Shown piece after piece: positions 1-12,668 of a stretch of DNA of 64,000 nt (position 1 is its first letter; each line of letters begins with the position of its first letter). The notes below the pieces were generated by a model that did not search any database, was not told where the DNA came from, and saw nothing but the letters and a program-made list of their open reading frames with translations. Source of the stretch: Phaeosaccion multiseriatum. Taxonomy: Eukaryota > Protista > Ochrophyta, other classes. The position numbers and the translations under genes were made by a program. Where the stretch lies: assembly GCA_965112735.1 (NCBI GenBank), contig OZ218957.1:186001-250000 (forward strand), read 5' to 3'.

Positions 1-1
1 C

Positions 2-334
2 GAGCGCTACTACAGCATCTTTGACCGCAGCCAGATCCTCGTCGTCAACTCGGACCGACTCTTTACGCACTTTCTTGAGGAGCTCGACATTGTCGTCGAC
101 TTTCTGGGGCTGCAACCGTTCGACTTCTCCTACGTCAGTAAGAAAGAGCCGGGTGGGGGGGACGGCAAGAGGTGCGAGCAGATACTGCACCGCCAGAGCG
201 ATTATGTGGACGCCATGTCGACTCGGAGTACCAAGGAGGCCCTGAGGGAGTTTTACAGACCGCACAACGAGCGCTTCTTTGCACTCACAGGGGTGGACTA
301 CGGCTGGAACGACTCTCCGGCCGAGGAAAGGTAG
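2..334 (+). CDS. 3' end of a sulfotransferase (Sulfotransfer_1 / heparan-sulfate O-sulfotransferase-like), 5' part outside window
   Basis: Frame from nt 2 reads ERYYSIFDRSQILVVNSDRLF...DIVVDFLGLQPF...KEALREFYRPHNERFFALTGVDYGWNDSPAEER*. 'FxxxQILVV', 'FLGL' and 'LxEFYRPHNxxL...GW' are typical C-terminal motifs of this family. Absent from the ORF track because there is no start codon. Confidence 0.85.
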   Translation, partial: ERYYSIFDRSQILVVNSDRLFTHFLEELDIVVDFLGLQPFDFSYVSKKEPGGGDGKRCEQILHRQSDYVDAMSTRSTKEALREFYRPHNERFFALTGVDYGWNDSPAEER

Positions 335-994
335 AGGACTACGGGCATGGAGCGAAGTGAGCAGAGGAGAAGGAGGAGGGGATGATCGAGGATAGACGAT
401 GGAAGATCGGTGCACAAACAAGCTGACAAGCAGACAGGCAGGCAGGTAGGCAGGGAGGCAGATGCTGGTGGGGTTGAACCTCCCCGGGGCACACTCTGAG
501 TCTTCTTCCGACTCGGAGACCCGATGCACGGGAGTTGTGCAATGCGGTCACTTTTGATTGTAAATAAAATGGGGGCGGTGCGAAAGGCTTTTTTTTTCCC
601 TTGACGTGCCATCTATGGTTATGCGAAGGCTTTTTTTGTTCGCATGTGTGTATTACTTCACACCCCTTCCTTCCGCTACAGTGATTGATGCACCGGTGAA
701 TAGCTATATACCCACCCACCCTTCCATTTAGTCGTACACCCAACTTGCCTACTAATCGAATCAACCCTTCCCTCTTTGGGTTGATTCCGATAATTCAATA
801 AACAAAGAAGGCATGGACAGTATTAAAATAAATACCCCTCCCTTCTTTGGAAAGAAGAATCGAATGAGGAGTGGCAGAGCCAGCACTGCCCTTATCGCAC
901 CTCACTACCTTTGATTGAGCCCAAGTTGTAGCACATTCCTTCAACGATACAACAACAGTCTATATAGAGAGTAATGCCATCCCCCCTACCCTCC

Positions 995-3810
995 TCAATC
1001 CACGAACAGGCCTTCCGAGAGCATGTCCTTCGCCTTCTTCGGTAGCATTCCCTTCGCCCAATCGAGTGGAGAGTCTGAGAGGATGCTCTTGCTGCTGCTG
1101 CGGCTGCTGCTGATGCTAGCGCGCGGGGGGGTGGGAGGGGCTGGGCAGAGGTGGCACTTGTGCCCTGCCTGTATCCAGTCCTCCAGGCGGGCAGAGGCCT
1201 CCCACTGACTGGCCAGGCGAGTCTCTCCGTCAGGAGGGTTCTGGGCCTGGGTGGGTGGAGGCGTATGGGGAGAGAATTCAGAGGAGAAAGGGGAGGGAAG
1301 ATTTGAGCTAACATTTCATGGGATCTGGGATCCGCTTTTTTCTGCAGTAGGGAGAAGAGACTACACATACACACGTCGCTGCCTGCAGACGCAACACGTG
1401 ACGAAACGTTATGTACGCCCACCCACCCAGCCAGCATGTCATCACCTCAAGCAAGAAACTAATTGAAACTCAAACCCACCCAACCAAACCTACCCACCTG
1501 TACATAGACCGGGCAGGACCACTTGTCCATGGGGCACTTGATCTGTGACGAGCGAAGGACCTCAAAGCATCTTCGGTGCCCTCCTGCCACGGCAGCCGCG
1601 CAACACTGAGCGTCGAACACACAGCGCTCAGAGGCGTGGCGTCGCAACCAGTAGATGACAGTGTGCTGGCCTGTGTCGGTGGGGGGAGGGGGGGAGGGGT
1701 GAGACGGGGTGAGACGGGGCTTGACTGACGCGGGGGGCGTGGAGAGAGAGAAAGAGAGGAGAAAGGAGAGAGATGCAAGAGACAAGAGAGGGAGGAGGAG
1801 GAGAGAGAGATGGGGCACTATTGCTCCACCTCCCAGCCGCAGCGGCCCGCCAACCCCCCGGACCAATCCCCTCCTCTTCCCTTCCTTAACTCACCGCTCC
1901 CCGCCGCGCTCTTGACGGCCCCTCTCCAGAGATCGTCGGGCACAGATCCATGCCCGCAGAGCCACTCCAGCACATCGAAATGGCCCCTCTCGCAGGCACA
2001 GGTCAGCACCTCTGAATACAGCGAGTGATCGTCAAAGGCCTCCTGGTACGCTTGGCGCACCTCCCCCTGCGTGGCCCACTGCAAGATGTCGAGGCGGCCC
2101 GCAACCGCGGATGTGAGCAGCAGACTCGACATCCACCACGCAGGGGTGGCGCCATCTGTGTCTATGCCCAGGCTGTACAGCCACTCCAGGATGGGCTTTC
2201 CTTGTGCCTGCGATACGTTGATATCGCGTGGCGGGAGTTGGGGAGGGGAGGGGAGGGGAGCATGGATCGGGGAAGGGGGGACAGGCAATAGAGAGAGTGA
2301 AAAAGAGGTCAGCGTCGTCGCACTACACCGTCGCAAGCGCATGCCGGTGGTAAGTGGTCGCACTCCTCCCTCTCCTTCTCTGCCCCTCCATCTCTCCCCT
2401 TCCTGCCGTTGGACTTCTCCTCGTCCTCCTCTCTCCTCCTCGTCCCTCGTCCTCCTCCCTCCTCCTCTCCTCCTCCTCCTCCTCCTCCTCGTCCCCCCTC
2501 TACCTCCCCCTTTCCAGCTGTCGAAAAACACCAAACCCGGGGTTCCGTCCAAGTCCGTCGCCGCATCGAACTCTACCGTGAACTCACCTTATTCATTACG
2601 CAGCTCCTGCTGCTCAGGGCCCCGCTCCACGCACAGCCCATCTCTCTCAGGGCCCGCGCCGTGACGAGGTCTCGCTCCCTCACCGCCGCACTGAACAGCT
2701 TCTCACCCTGCGTGCCCGTGAGCGGGAGGTGGCACTCCTCCGCGTAGGACAGGCGGTATAGGGTTAACACGGCCTGCTTGAAAGAGGTGCTGGAGCCATA
2801 GAGGCGACGATACGTTCGCCGCCAGAGCTTGCAAACCGATCCCAGAAAAAGGAACTCGTCGCCCTCCAAGAAGCCGAGCACATGCCGCAGAGTGGGCTCG
2901 CTCGCCAGGGCCAGGACTGGGTTGTCGCCGTTGGCCTCTTCGTCGAGGAGGGAGGCACACGACGTGGTGGGGGTGCTGGGTTTCGACCCGTCGCCACCGC
3001 TGCCATCAACGCCCCCATCCCCTCCCCGCTCAACGCCACCCCGCGCGAGCCGCTGCAGCTCACGCTCCGCCACCAGGAACTGCATCATCTGCCGCTTCTC
3101 CTCCTGCAGGCCGGAGAGGTGGGTCAGCAGCTCCGCCCGGATGGCGTCGCGATTCGCCTTGGTCCTTGCCTCCTGCCGCAGCGCCGCTCTCTTCAGCCCC
3201 GCGCCCCACCACTTGGCCTTGCCTGCCGTCCCCACCTCTCCCGCGCTGCTGGCGGGCGGTTCCTCTTCGTCCCTTGGCAGGGTGAGGCCGAGATAAGAGC
3301 CCTCCCCGGCCAAAGCCATTTTTATTTTGGTCATCTCTGCCTGGGTGGTGGAGATTTTGAATGTCAGGCTTCCAGGTTCTTCGTCCACGTACTTGCCCGA
3401 CACTACGATATCAGGAGCAGTCTCGTCCGGCGGAGTGATGGAGAGGGGCATTTTCATATCGGGCATTTTCATATCGTCTCTCTTCTCTCGGGGATTCTCT
3501 CGACACTCCTGTCTCAACACCCTGATGGCGAAGACCCTGCAGGTATGTTCCAGCCCCCCCCCCCTTGCTGCGCTGCTGACGTGCCTCCCTTAACCCCCCT
3601 TCACCAGGCTGGTCGCTGATGTCCTGGGAAGTCTGCAGGTCCAAATATATTTGGTCTCGTGTACTTTTTCGTAACACGATAAGTTCTGATGATGATGCGG
3701 CCTTTCAAAAAGGCATGTGCGTATCCTCCCACCTCTGGTGTTTCCCTCTGCTGCCGCCTATACAGACGCTCTTCCTCTCTGATCAGTGGCTGCTCTGTGT
3801 CTTGGTTGGT
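995..3810 (-). CDS. Spliced F-box-like + divergent ankyrin-repeat protein (family copy A); 5' end unresolved
   Basis: Exons approx. 3810-3608, 3541-2588, 2207-1895, 1670-1498, 1246-995, joined by GT-AG introns that keep frame. Contains LRHVLGFLEGDEFLFLGSVCKLWRRTY (F-box-like) and repeats AVAGRLDILQWA, ACERGHFDVLEWL, AVAGGHRRCFEVLRS..CPMD. Confidence 0.75.
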
Positions 3811-4356
3811 TGGTGGAGAAAGAGTCACTGGCAATACGCACGGCGGGGAAAGGGTTTGAGAGGAGTAGTCAAAAGCGCAAACCGAAAACGGGCCCAAGCT
3901 CAAACAATGTAAAGCCCCTCCAGGGGGGACTGAAGCTAATTCCCTAATTTTTGCACCCCCTGCCAGGTCGACAAAGAGAGCTCCGTGCTAGGCGGCTGTG
4001 AGGAGCACACACCAAGAGAGGAGGGGGCTGATACGTGTGTGGACTGAGACGGGAAGGAGGGGCAGAAGACTGCAGAGGAGGAGAAAAGATTTGAGGAAGA
4101 GCGGGAAGGAACAGATTGGGGACTAATAGAAGAAATCTAGGGGGTCTCGATGGGAGCAGGAGAGTAGAGAGCGAGGCCGGGACGGCAGAGTGACCTCCTT
4201 GAGCCAGAAGGCACCTGGCGGGAGGGAGGAGCGAAAGGGGAGAAGAAGCGGAAGCTTCTTTGGGCGCTGGACGGCCGAGGGCGGCGTTCCGGCAACCCTG
4301 CGGCAACCTACCTCTTGGGCGGTGATCTGCTGCCCCAGCGCTGCTTTTTGGGCACC

Positions 4357-6555
4357 ATGTTACGCGCGTGGGGGCACGGGGAGAGGGACCCCAGGGAAGC
4401 GGAGCTGAAGGAGGGGGAGAAGGAGGAGGCGCTGCTGCACTTGTTTGAGAACCTGGCGGCCCATGGAGATGCAGTGCAGATGAGTGGGGTGAAGGGGCAG
4501 CAGTTCTTCACCGGCCTGGTGGCCAGCAGTAACTTGCAGACCATAAAAGGGGCGAACCAGATGGGGTGCTGCTTCTCAGGGCCCCTCGCCAGCACCGCGT
4601 GTGTTCGGAATAAGGTAAGGGTAGGGATTTTGACTTGAGGTTGCTGATTTTGTTCTGGTTCCCGCCTCTCCCGAACCTACTGCTCCTCCCTCCTGCTACT
4701 ATTAACCCCACCTCTCCCTCCCCCGCTCCACCCACAGGAGCATGGGCTGGACATTCTGCAGTGGCTCGTCGAGCAGGGGCACGACAGCGACGGGCTGGAC
4801 ACCTCCCACTGGCTGCCCAGTCTGCTCCTCACTGCCGCAGCAGCGGGCCACCTCCCCATTCTGCAGTGGCTCACAAGCGACCAGATCCGCTCCACTTGCC
4901 TTTCCGAGGCCTTTTCTGACGCCGCCATGTTCAGCGAGTGCTTGCTGTGCGCCACTTCCAAGGGACACATGGACGTGCTGGCCTGGCTAAAGCACCACCC
5001 CAGGGTGGATAGGAGCCTCTGGCGGCCGGCGGTGTGGTGGGCGGCGGAGAGCGGTGAGCACTTACTTGCCGAGGCCTCACGAGCATGGGGCGGGGCAGGG
5101 GCTTTGGACTGGCAGCGAGTTGTGGCGCGTTTCGGGCCTCAGGAATGGGAGCTGAGGGGGGGGAGGTATCCCGCGCAGCTCAGCATACTAGCGCACGCAC
5201 GCACGCACGCACCGACCGACCGACCCTGCGCGTGCCGGTGCCCTCTAGACCCCCTCTGCTCTCTCTGACGTATGCACCTGGCTGCCGGCCGCTGTCTGTC
5301 CTTCCTCCTCCTGTTCCCTCGACTGTCTTTACTGTCTTTGGCGTCGCTCAGGGAACCCCATTGTGATCCGATGGCTTCACGCGAATGTACAGGAGCGCTG
5401 CACATGGGACGCAAAGGCATGTGCGGTCGCAACAGTGAACGGAAACCTGAGCTGCCTCCAGCTCCTGCGCTCCAAGCGGATTGACTGCTACGTCGACGTG
5501 TGGAGCTGCCCGTCCTTTCTGAGGGTGAGCGAATGAATTTCGAGTGAGAGCCATATTACCACCATGTTAAGAGGGTGGACGTGGGAGGCAGAGAGAGAGA
5601 GAAGAGAAGGGAGAAAAACTTGTTGTAGTGCGTGCATACCTTGATTTGGGTGGACAAGAGAGCGAGAGGCGGGCCACAGTGTACTTGCGCGCCTGAGCCC
5701 TGGTCTGAAGGCATCGCTCCTCAGCCCTGGTGTGAAGGTATCGCTCCTCCCTGTCGGCTGTCGGAGGTGGACTACAACGCAAAAGGTGCTGCTGCTCTCC
5801 AGTGTGCAGTGTGCTGTACCCCCTGTGCCATGCCACACATCGGTCTCACACTTGCAGAATGCTCGCGCCAAGCACCACGCTCAGCTGTACCTGCCCCCCC
5901 CCCCCCCTCGCTCTTCCCTATGCTGTCGTAGGACAACTATGCGGAGTTCCCCCACTCCATGGCGCTGTCCGCCTCCGGAACGGACATCCCCCGCCGGCCA
6001 CGGGAGTCGTGGGAGGAGTCCACCCTGGCACGCAAGTCCGCTGCCGATGGGGGCGCGACGTTCACTGACATCCAGGCCTGGGTGCAGGACGCGGAGCAAC
6101 ACAGCTGCGGTTCATGTAACCCCGCGCTGACGGACCTTAGCGAGTTGGACAGGGAGGGAGCGGAGGGCAGCTCTCTGCTGGTGGGGACGGAGGAAGGCAA
6201 GCCCTTCGGCAGTGCGGAGGAGGGCAGCCCCACGATCAGCGTGGATGGCAGCGGTAGGAGTGGCCGCAGCCGCAGCCGGAGTCGCGGTAGCAGCTGCAGC
6301 AGCAGAGGTAGTAGCCGAGGCAGCAGCTACGACAGCGAGAGTGGCAGCAGCAGCAGCAGCTATGACAGCGATGACAGCGTTGAGCGCGGGCGCACGACGG
6401 CTCGGGGCAGCATTGGCCAATGCTTCGGACTTGAGGAAATCATCCTTAGACTCAAGCAGCCCCAGAAGAAGAAGAATTGGAGGGCGATACTGCGCGATGC
6501 CATGTGTGTCGATGTCACCACACTAGCAGCGTGTGTCAAGGAGAACGGCAGATAG
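4357..6555 (+). CDS. Spliced divergent ankyrin-repeat protein (family copy B), paralogue of copy A, no F-box-like segment visible
   Basis: Exons 4357-4614, 4738-5053, 5352-5524, 5932-6555 splice in frame (GT-AG). EHGLDILQWL...AAAAGHLPILQWL...ATSKGHMDVLAWL...RCTWDAKACAVATVNGNLSCLQLLRS aligns by eye with copy A exon by exon. Confidence 0.75.
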
Positions 6556-7620
6556 GACTGGACCTCCCTTCCTTCCCAAAGGCTAATTTTGAAAGCAGGA
6601 ACTACGCTCTGTCTTCCCAGAGGCCCTGAGGTGGTGCTTCGACGGCCATCTGTGAGAGCTGTTGTGTTGTGGCCCCAGGGAGCGCCGCGCGAAGGCCTTG
6701 GCTTGGTGACTTGTGACAAGCTAACGCGGGACAGAGAGCTGCAAGACCTTTGTGTACTTTTAGTAGTCGGTCAGGCGTCGCCACACTGTGAATCTGTAGA
6801 GCACGTGCCTCCCCCCCGCCCTTGGGTGTGGGGCGGTGGAGCAGCGACATGTAAATTTGATATATACCCATGTGTCTAATGAGATGAATGCCCATGTGCC
6901 TGCATGTGTCTGGTTCCTATGTGCGCTTGCATGGGTGGAGATGCTTGTCGGCCAGTCAGTCGGTCAGTCAGTTCGTCAGTCAGTCGGTTGTCAGTCAGTT
7001 AGTCAGTCAGTCGTCGTACCGCCTCTGACGTCAGAGAAATACGTCACCACGTGCTTTTCATAATGTCGTGTATTTACGTATGTACAAGGGAGGAGGGCAC
7101 ATGAAAAGGCACTTACTCAAAAACTGTGTAGGGCCGTACTCTCTCCCCTCTCTGCTTCTTCTTCTGCCCGTCTTGCTTGTAACTTGAACCCAGCGTGGAG
7201 CACATGTCATTCGCAACAACAAGATGGTGAGTAGAGGTGGAGCTGTCGTGTGTCACTGGACAATCCTCCTCGCTCTTCCTCATATTCCCGCTGCTGCGGA
7301 ATCCCTGAATTCACCCGAAGGGTTTTTTTAATTTCGAAGTGCCGAACGACGACTGTACTATGAACGGATATGTACACCCACCCACCGCTGAAACCCTCCC
7401 TCTCTCCCTCCCTCCCTCCTCCCCCCCCTTGCTCGCTCGGCCTCTCACCCCCCCACCCCACCTGCCCCCCCACCAGCCTCCCAGCCAACCCAGTCCCAAG
7501 GGGGCTCCTCCCGTCCGGGTGTCGGTGGGTGGCCCCTCGATGCTTCCACACTGCCCAATCATGGAATGTATATCCCCTTCTCCAATGCCTATGTGATGAT
7601 CACCGAATGAATGAAAGGCC

Positions 7621-8489
7621 TTACACGTCCAGCACGGGGTGGCGCTCGAAGTTGAAGAAGAAGCACTTCTCGAGCCTCCTCGCCAACAGGAAGCTCAGTG
7701 CCCCTCCCAATGCCCCCGCGGCGAGTGCCATACCCGTCATGAGCGGCCTCCGCAGCCGCAGCACCACCAACCCCCCCCCCCCCTCCTCCTCCTCCTCCTG
7801 TGCTTCCAACGGCGGCAGCAGCGGCGGTGGCGGCGTCGCCGGACGCCGCCGAGAGGAGGGGGAGCAGGGGCAAGGCCAGGACCGAGGCGGCGGCCGCCAC
7901 TGCCCCTGCCCGCTTCACGCGCCGCACCATTCGGAGGGCGCTTCTCGTGCAGCGGGAGAGCCTCACGTGTCGATCGTAACGCGAGACCAACGGCCCCGCC
8001 CGGTGCTGGGGCGCCTTGGTGTGCTCGTAGGGGCTAATGTGGTCATCCACGCCGCCCGCGCTCGTCTCCCAGCCCTGATAGTAGGGCATGCCATGGCCCA
8101 CCTTGTCGACCCACTTGCGATACTCCACCAAGAGGGTGTCTGAGGTCTTGACGGGTAGCCAGGCCTCCTTGGGGGAGGTGCCCGTCCGCTTGAAGTGGTC
8201 TTCTTGCGAGGCGATGAGGGCCAGGTCCTGCTCGAGTACCTTGCACGTGTTGAGATGCCTTGCCCACAGCGGCTTCTTGAGCCTGTACACAAGCTTGAGG
8301 ATGCCGGTGGCCGCCTTGGGCAGCCCTCGTGCATAAGTCATGAAAATGATTCTCGAGCGGCCCTTGCCCAGAGGAATACAGTGCATCACCGCTCCGAAGA
8401 CAGGCCCCTTCCCTTCCGCTGCATTGGTGCCTCCTCTCAGCGAAGAGGACTCTGAGCGGAAGGGAGATACTTGCTCATCCGTGAGCGCG

Positions 8490-8536
<47 letters not shown>

Positions 8537-9514
8537 AGTCTTCACCTTGAGCCCCGTGGGGTTTCCCCCGGCCCGGAACCTGACGACGCAGGGCGCTTCG
8601 AAGCGGTACTCTGCGTCCTTGCCCGCTGTGAAGTTGGCAATACTCGCCACAAATCCTTCCGCCACCGAAGGCTCTAGCACTTTCATATGGAGCGGCTTGG
8701 CCTTGTCCCTGTCGCCGCCCCCCTCCGTCGCGTGGTGGGAAATGGGCACATGGGCGGGGTCGATAAGGTTCTCAATCAAGTAACTGTGGTCGACGGGCAA
8801 ATCACAGACGCCCTGATAGATGAAGGCCACATCTCCAACAGTGTCGAGGTCGTCCGGGCTGCAAGGCACCTCCTTAATGTCCTTCGCCCCCTGCCCCCAC
8901 GGGTCGAGCCCCATCCACACCCACACCACGCCCTCGCGCACAGCCACTGGATACGTCCTCAGCCCTGCCGCTCGCGGAATCATCGCGCCCTCCGCCAGCT
9001 GGGGGATGCGTACGCACTTGCCCGCACCCTTCCCGCCGCTGAACTGCCAGCCGTGGTACAGGCACTCCAGCTTGCCGTCCATCACCTGTCCCTCAGACAG
9101 CTTGGCCGAGCGATGGGGACACACGTCGAGAGCGCACTGCACATCTCCCTCGTTGTCTCTCCACAGGACCAGAGGTTCGTCGAACACGGATGCGGAGTAC
9201 GTTTCGCTGCCCTCCACCACGTCCACGCCGAGGGCCACTGGGTACCACCATTCCCGCCAATTGTACGCCAGCTGCTCTCCGCTCAGCTGTGAAGCACCGC
9301 CATCAGTGGCAACAGCAGCAACAGAAGCACCAGCACCAGCACCAGCAGCGGTTGCCGTCGCCCTTCCTCTTCGTGTCCTCCCGAGATCACCCCTTGTTGC
9401 TGTTGCAGCAGGGTGGTGCGGCCGGCCCAAGCTATTGAAGGAGAACCCTGCCACTTCGCAGAGGCTGACAAGTTGCAGCAGCACCCAGACCAGCAGTGGT
9501 CGCGGCATCTTCAT
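7621..9514 (-). CDS. Plastid-targeted Rieske [2Fe-2S] non-heme oxygenase, pheophorbide a oxygenase / TIC55-like; intronless; probable homopolymer frameshift at ~7771-7783
   Basis: WYPV, LVLWRD, CPHR...CLYHGWQF (Rieske), ENLIDPAHVPISH (mononuclear Fe), KVLEQDL, SRYDRH. N-terminal signal peptide MKMPRPLLVWVLLQLVSLCEVAG|F. The second hydrophobic helix and ...RRLEKCFFFNFERHPVLDV* lie in the adjacent frame (ORF 7621..7809). Confidence 0.9.
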
Positions 9515-9835
9515 CGCAGTGCTGTTGCTTATTTGTTTATCCCGCAACCCGTTACGATTGATCCCCCCCGACGACGAACGGTGATCCAGGCGTGTTGGCT
9601 CTCCACAGTTTTTTTGCCATTTGAAAAATGACAAAGTCCACGTCGACTTGCCTTTTTAGGCGACGTAATTACCCGATGATGCACTACGGGCACACACACA
9701 CAACTGCCCAATTTTTTCCATACTAACTACACCAGTTCTTGATTGGAAGTTCATCCACACAAAACAGTGGCATCAACGACAGAGAGCAGGAAACGAAGAG
9801 GAGGTGAGCCTAGCGGCATTACTGGGGAAGGAGGC

Positions 9836-10999
9836 ATGAAGGCGAAAGCAGCAGTTGGTTTGAAAAGGAGCAGACGAGTTCCAGAAAGGGATGCTGGTGT
9901 CTCCGCTGGGACTGGGCCTGAGGCTGGGCCTGAGCGCAAGCGTGCGAACAGTGCTGAGGGGTCAGAGGAGGGTGTCGGCGCTGGGCCTGAGGCTGGGCCT
10001 GAGCGCAAGCGTGCGAACAGTGCCGAGGGGTCAGAGGAAGGTGTAGGCGCCGCTGCGTCTGCGGAGTCCGAAAGGAAGGGCACAGCTTGCAACGAGGCCT
10101 TGGCAAATCTTGAGTTGCTCCGGGTCGTGATGGAGTTGGTCGGGGAAGGAGAGTTCATCTTTCTGGCGGGTACCAGCAAGGAGTGGAGGACGATCTATGG
10201 AGATTTGTACCCAGCCCTGCACACAAACTTGTCGTCTGTGGTCAGCTCTGTGGAGTGCGTGAGATGGGCGATAAAGCAGGGCCTGGAGCTCACGGAGGCG
10301 GTGTTTAAGGCCGCTGCTCGGCACGGGGATGTCCGAGTGTGCAAGGTCCTCTACAGCAAAGGTTGTGCCTGGGATGACTCAGTGTGCTCCGCAGCTTTAG
10401 ACAACGAGCAGCATGGTCTGAGTATTCTCCAATGGCTACGCTCCCAAGACCCATCCGGCAGGAAGGAGATGTGCCCATGGGACGGTGCCCGCATGTGTGG
10501 AGAGGCTGTGCGACAAGGGAATCTGGAGGCGCTGCAGTGGCTCCTGTCGGAGGAAGGGAATGCCCTTTTTACCCACTCTCAATGGGACGACGCTTGCCGG
10601 GGCGGTAATGCTTCCGCCGTGGCCTTGCTGCTGCGCCATCCTCGCACGAGAGCCTTGCTGGAGGAGAACAGAGACGGAGAGTGGCGCTGCGGGGCTGCAT
10701 GGGCTGCCGGCAAGGGTCACCTCGAGGTGCTGCAACTCCTCCACGCCGAGGCTTACCACCTCTCCACTTGGGACGCCATGGTGGTTCTGGCCGCCGTCAT
10801 TGGCGCCAATAGCCTCACAGTGCTCAAGTGGCTCAGGTCGGAGAAGGTGCAGTGCACGTGGGGCGCAAGGTCATGCCCGCAAGTCGCCACGCAGTTTGAG
10901 CAGCTTTTCGGAATGCAATTTGACATCAGCGACGAACACTTTGAAGTGATACAACAGTGGGTGCAACAGGAGGATGAAGGCCAGGAGGGCCAGGACTGA
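9836..10999 (+). CDS. Intronless F-box-like + divergent ankyrin-repeat protein (family copy C)
   Basis: Single ORF with ATG at 9836. LRVVMELVGEGEFIFLAGTSKEWR, AARHGDVRVCKVLYSKGCAWD, CPWDGARMCGEAVRQGNLEALQWL, AAGKGHLEVLQLLH, LKWLRSEKVQCTW. Confidence 0.85.
   Translation: MKAKAAVGLKRSRRVPERDAGVSAGTGPEAGPERKRANSAEGSEEGVGAGPEAGPERKRANSAEGSEEGVGAAASAESERKGTACNEALANLELLRVVMELVGEGEFIFLAGTSKEWRTIYGDLYPALHTNLSSVVSSVECVRWAIKQGLELTEAVFKAAARHGDVRVCKVLYSKGCAWDDSVCSAALDNEQHGLSILQWLRSQDPSGRKEMCPWDGARMCGEAVRQGNLEALQWLLSEEGNALFTHSQWDDACRGGNASAVALLLRHPRTRALLEENRDGEWRCGAAWAAGKGHLEVLQLLHAEAYHLSTWDAMVVLAAVIGANSLTVLKWLRSEKVQCTWGARSCPQVATQFEQLFGMQFDISDEHFEVIQQWVQQEDEGQEGQD
9914..10051 (+). repeat. In-frame tandem duplication, 69 nt x2 (GPEAGPERKRANSAEGSEEGVGA), in the N-terminus of copy C
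   Basis: Two near-identical consecutive units are visible at both DNA and protein level. Confidence 0.9.
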
Positions 11000-11384
11000 G
11001 GTCGGAGTCACGCGGCCTCAGAGGCCTCAGAGGCCTCAGAGGTCAGGGAGGGGAGAGTGGGTCTGTGACTCTTGCTCGGAGATGGCAATCGATGGCATGC
11101 AGTCGGGAAGGGCGGCGGGGCGCGGGCGGCGGGGGGGGGGGATAAGGCGGCGTAGATGGGGGCGAGTGGAGGGAAGCTCTACATGAAATTATATGTCTCG
11201 GTACCACCCTTGTTGATGTACGGTAGACAAATTTGAAGCATTATTATTATTATATACTAATAGAGCTTTCAAATCCTGGAAATATATACATTCTATTCCC
11301 ACCGTGTACAGCAAGCAGCACGGCGTGTCACCGGCCACAAAGGAGGTGGTGAAGTTGGACGTGCTCTCCCCCCTCCTTCGGCAC

Positions 11385-12602
11385 CTACACCACTGTGGTG
11401 ACCGCTCTCGCTGCTGTGCTGATGCGGAGCTTAATCTTGCCGCCGCCGGAGCCCTCCAGCGGGAACCACTTGCCACCACCCCCGGGGTGGTGGTGCCTCT
11501 GCTCAGTCGCGTCGAAGTAGTAACCGGCCAGCGGCACCGACAGACTGCCCAGTACTGCGTCTCTGTGGAACGTGCCGCCCCGGTGCATGACCTGATTCCA
11601 CACCCCATCACACCACACCAGTTGGTCATACAGCACACAGGGACACGACGTCATGAAACGATGTGCAGTTTCGGGGCAGCAGGGAGGAGGGGAGGAAGGG
11701 AGGAGGGGAGGAAGGGAGGAGGGGAGGAGGGGAGGAGGGGAGGAAGGGAGGAGGGGAGGAAGGGAGGAGGGGAGGAGGGGAGGAGGGGAGGAAGGGAGGA
11801 AGGGAGGAGGGGAGGAAGGGAGGAGGGGAGGAGGGGAGGAAGGGAGGAAGGGAGGAGGGGAGGAGGGGAGGAGGGGAGGAGGGGAGGAGGGGAGGAAGGG
11901 AGGAAGGGAGGAAGGGAGGAGGGGAGGAAGGGAGGAGGGGAGGAAGGGAGGAAGGGAGGAAGGGAGGAAGGGAGGAAGAGAGGAAGGGAGGAAGGGAGGA
12001 GGCAGGAGGGGAGGAGGGGAGGAGAGGAGGAGAGGAGGAGAGGAGGAGGGGTGCAGCATTTCGGTGATTGTGGTCCCGACAGCGTCGGAGGCAAGTAAGA
12101 CGCAGAAAGAAGTACGCTCAGAGAGCCAAAAAAAATAACTTGGGTAAAAGAATAATTAATAGAGACGAGACAGTGGAGAGTCAGAGAGTCGGAGAGTCCA
12201 CCATCTCTCAGGCGTAGAGTGCATTCATTCATTACCTTGAGGAAAAGCTGCACGTCCACCACGGAGTCCACCGAATACACGAGGGTCTCGTTCCACACGG
12301 GAGACAGCTCGTTCTGAGCAGAGGGGCATGGATTGCATGGGTCAAGGGCGGTACAGGAGAGGGTAGCAGAGCAGTAGAGCAGTACAACAGCAGAGCAGCG
12401 CATCGGGCGACAGGAGGGGAGCGAGGGGAGGGGGATCAGGTCAAAGTCAAGGCGAGCGGGGAGAGAGGAACAGTTTGCGCTTGCGCTCCCCCTGTCCTGT
12501 CCCGTATGCCCGTCCTGTCCCATATGCCTGTCCTGTCCCATAACACTGTGTGAGGCACACAAGAGGGCACTGACGCGAGCAAGATGCCTGCTCTCCTGCT
12601 GC

Positions 12603-12668
<66 letters not shown>

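Noticed and set aside
4150-6555. Genome-wide TAG reassignment
   Set aside because: TAG ends the sulfotransferase, C2, U-box and EF-hand genes at the expected C-termini.
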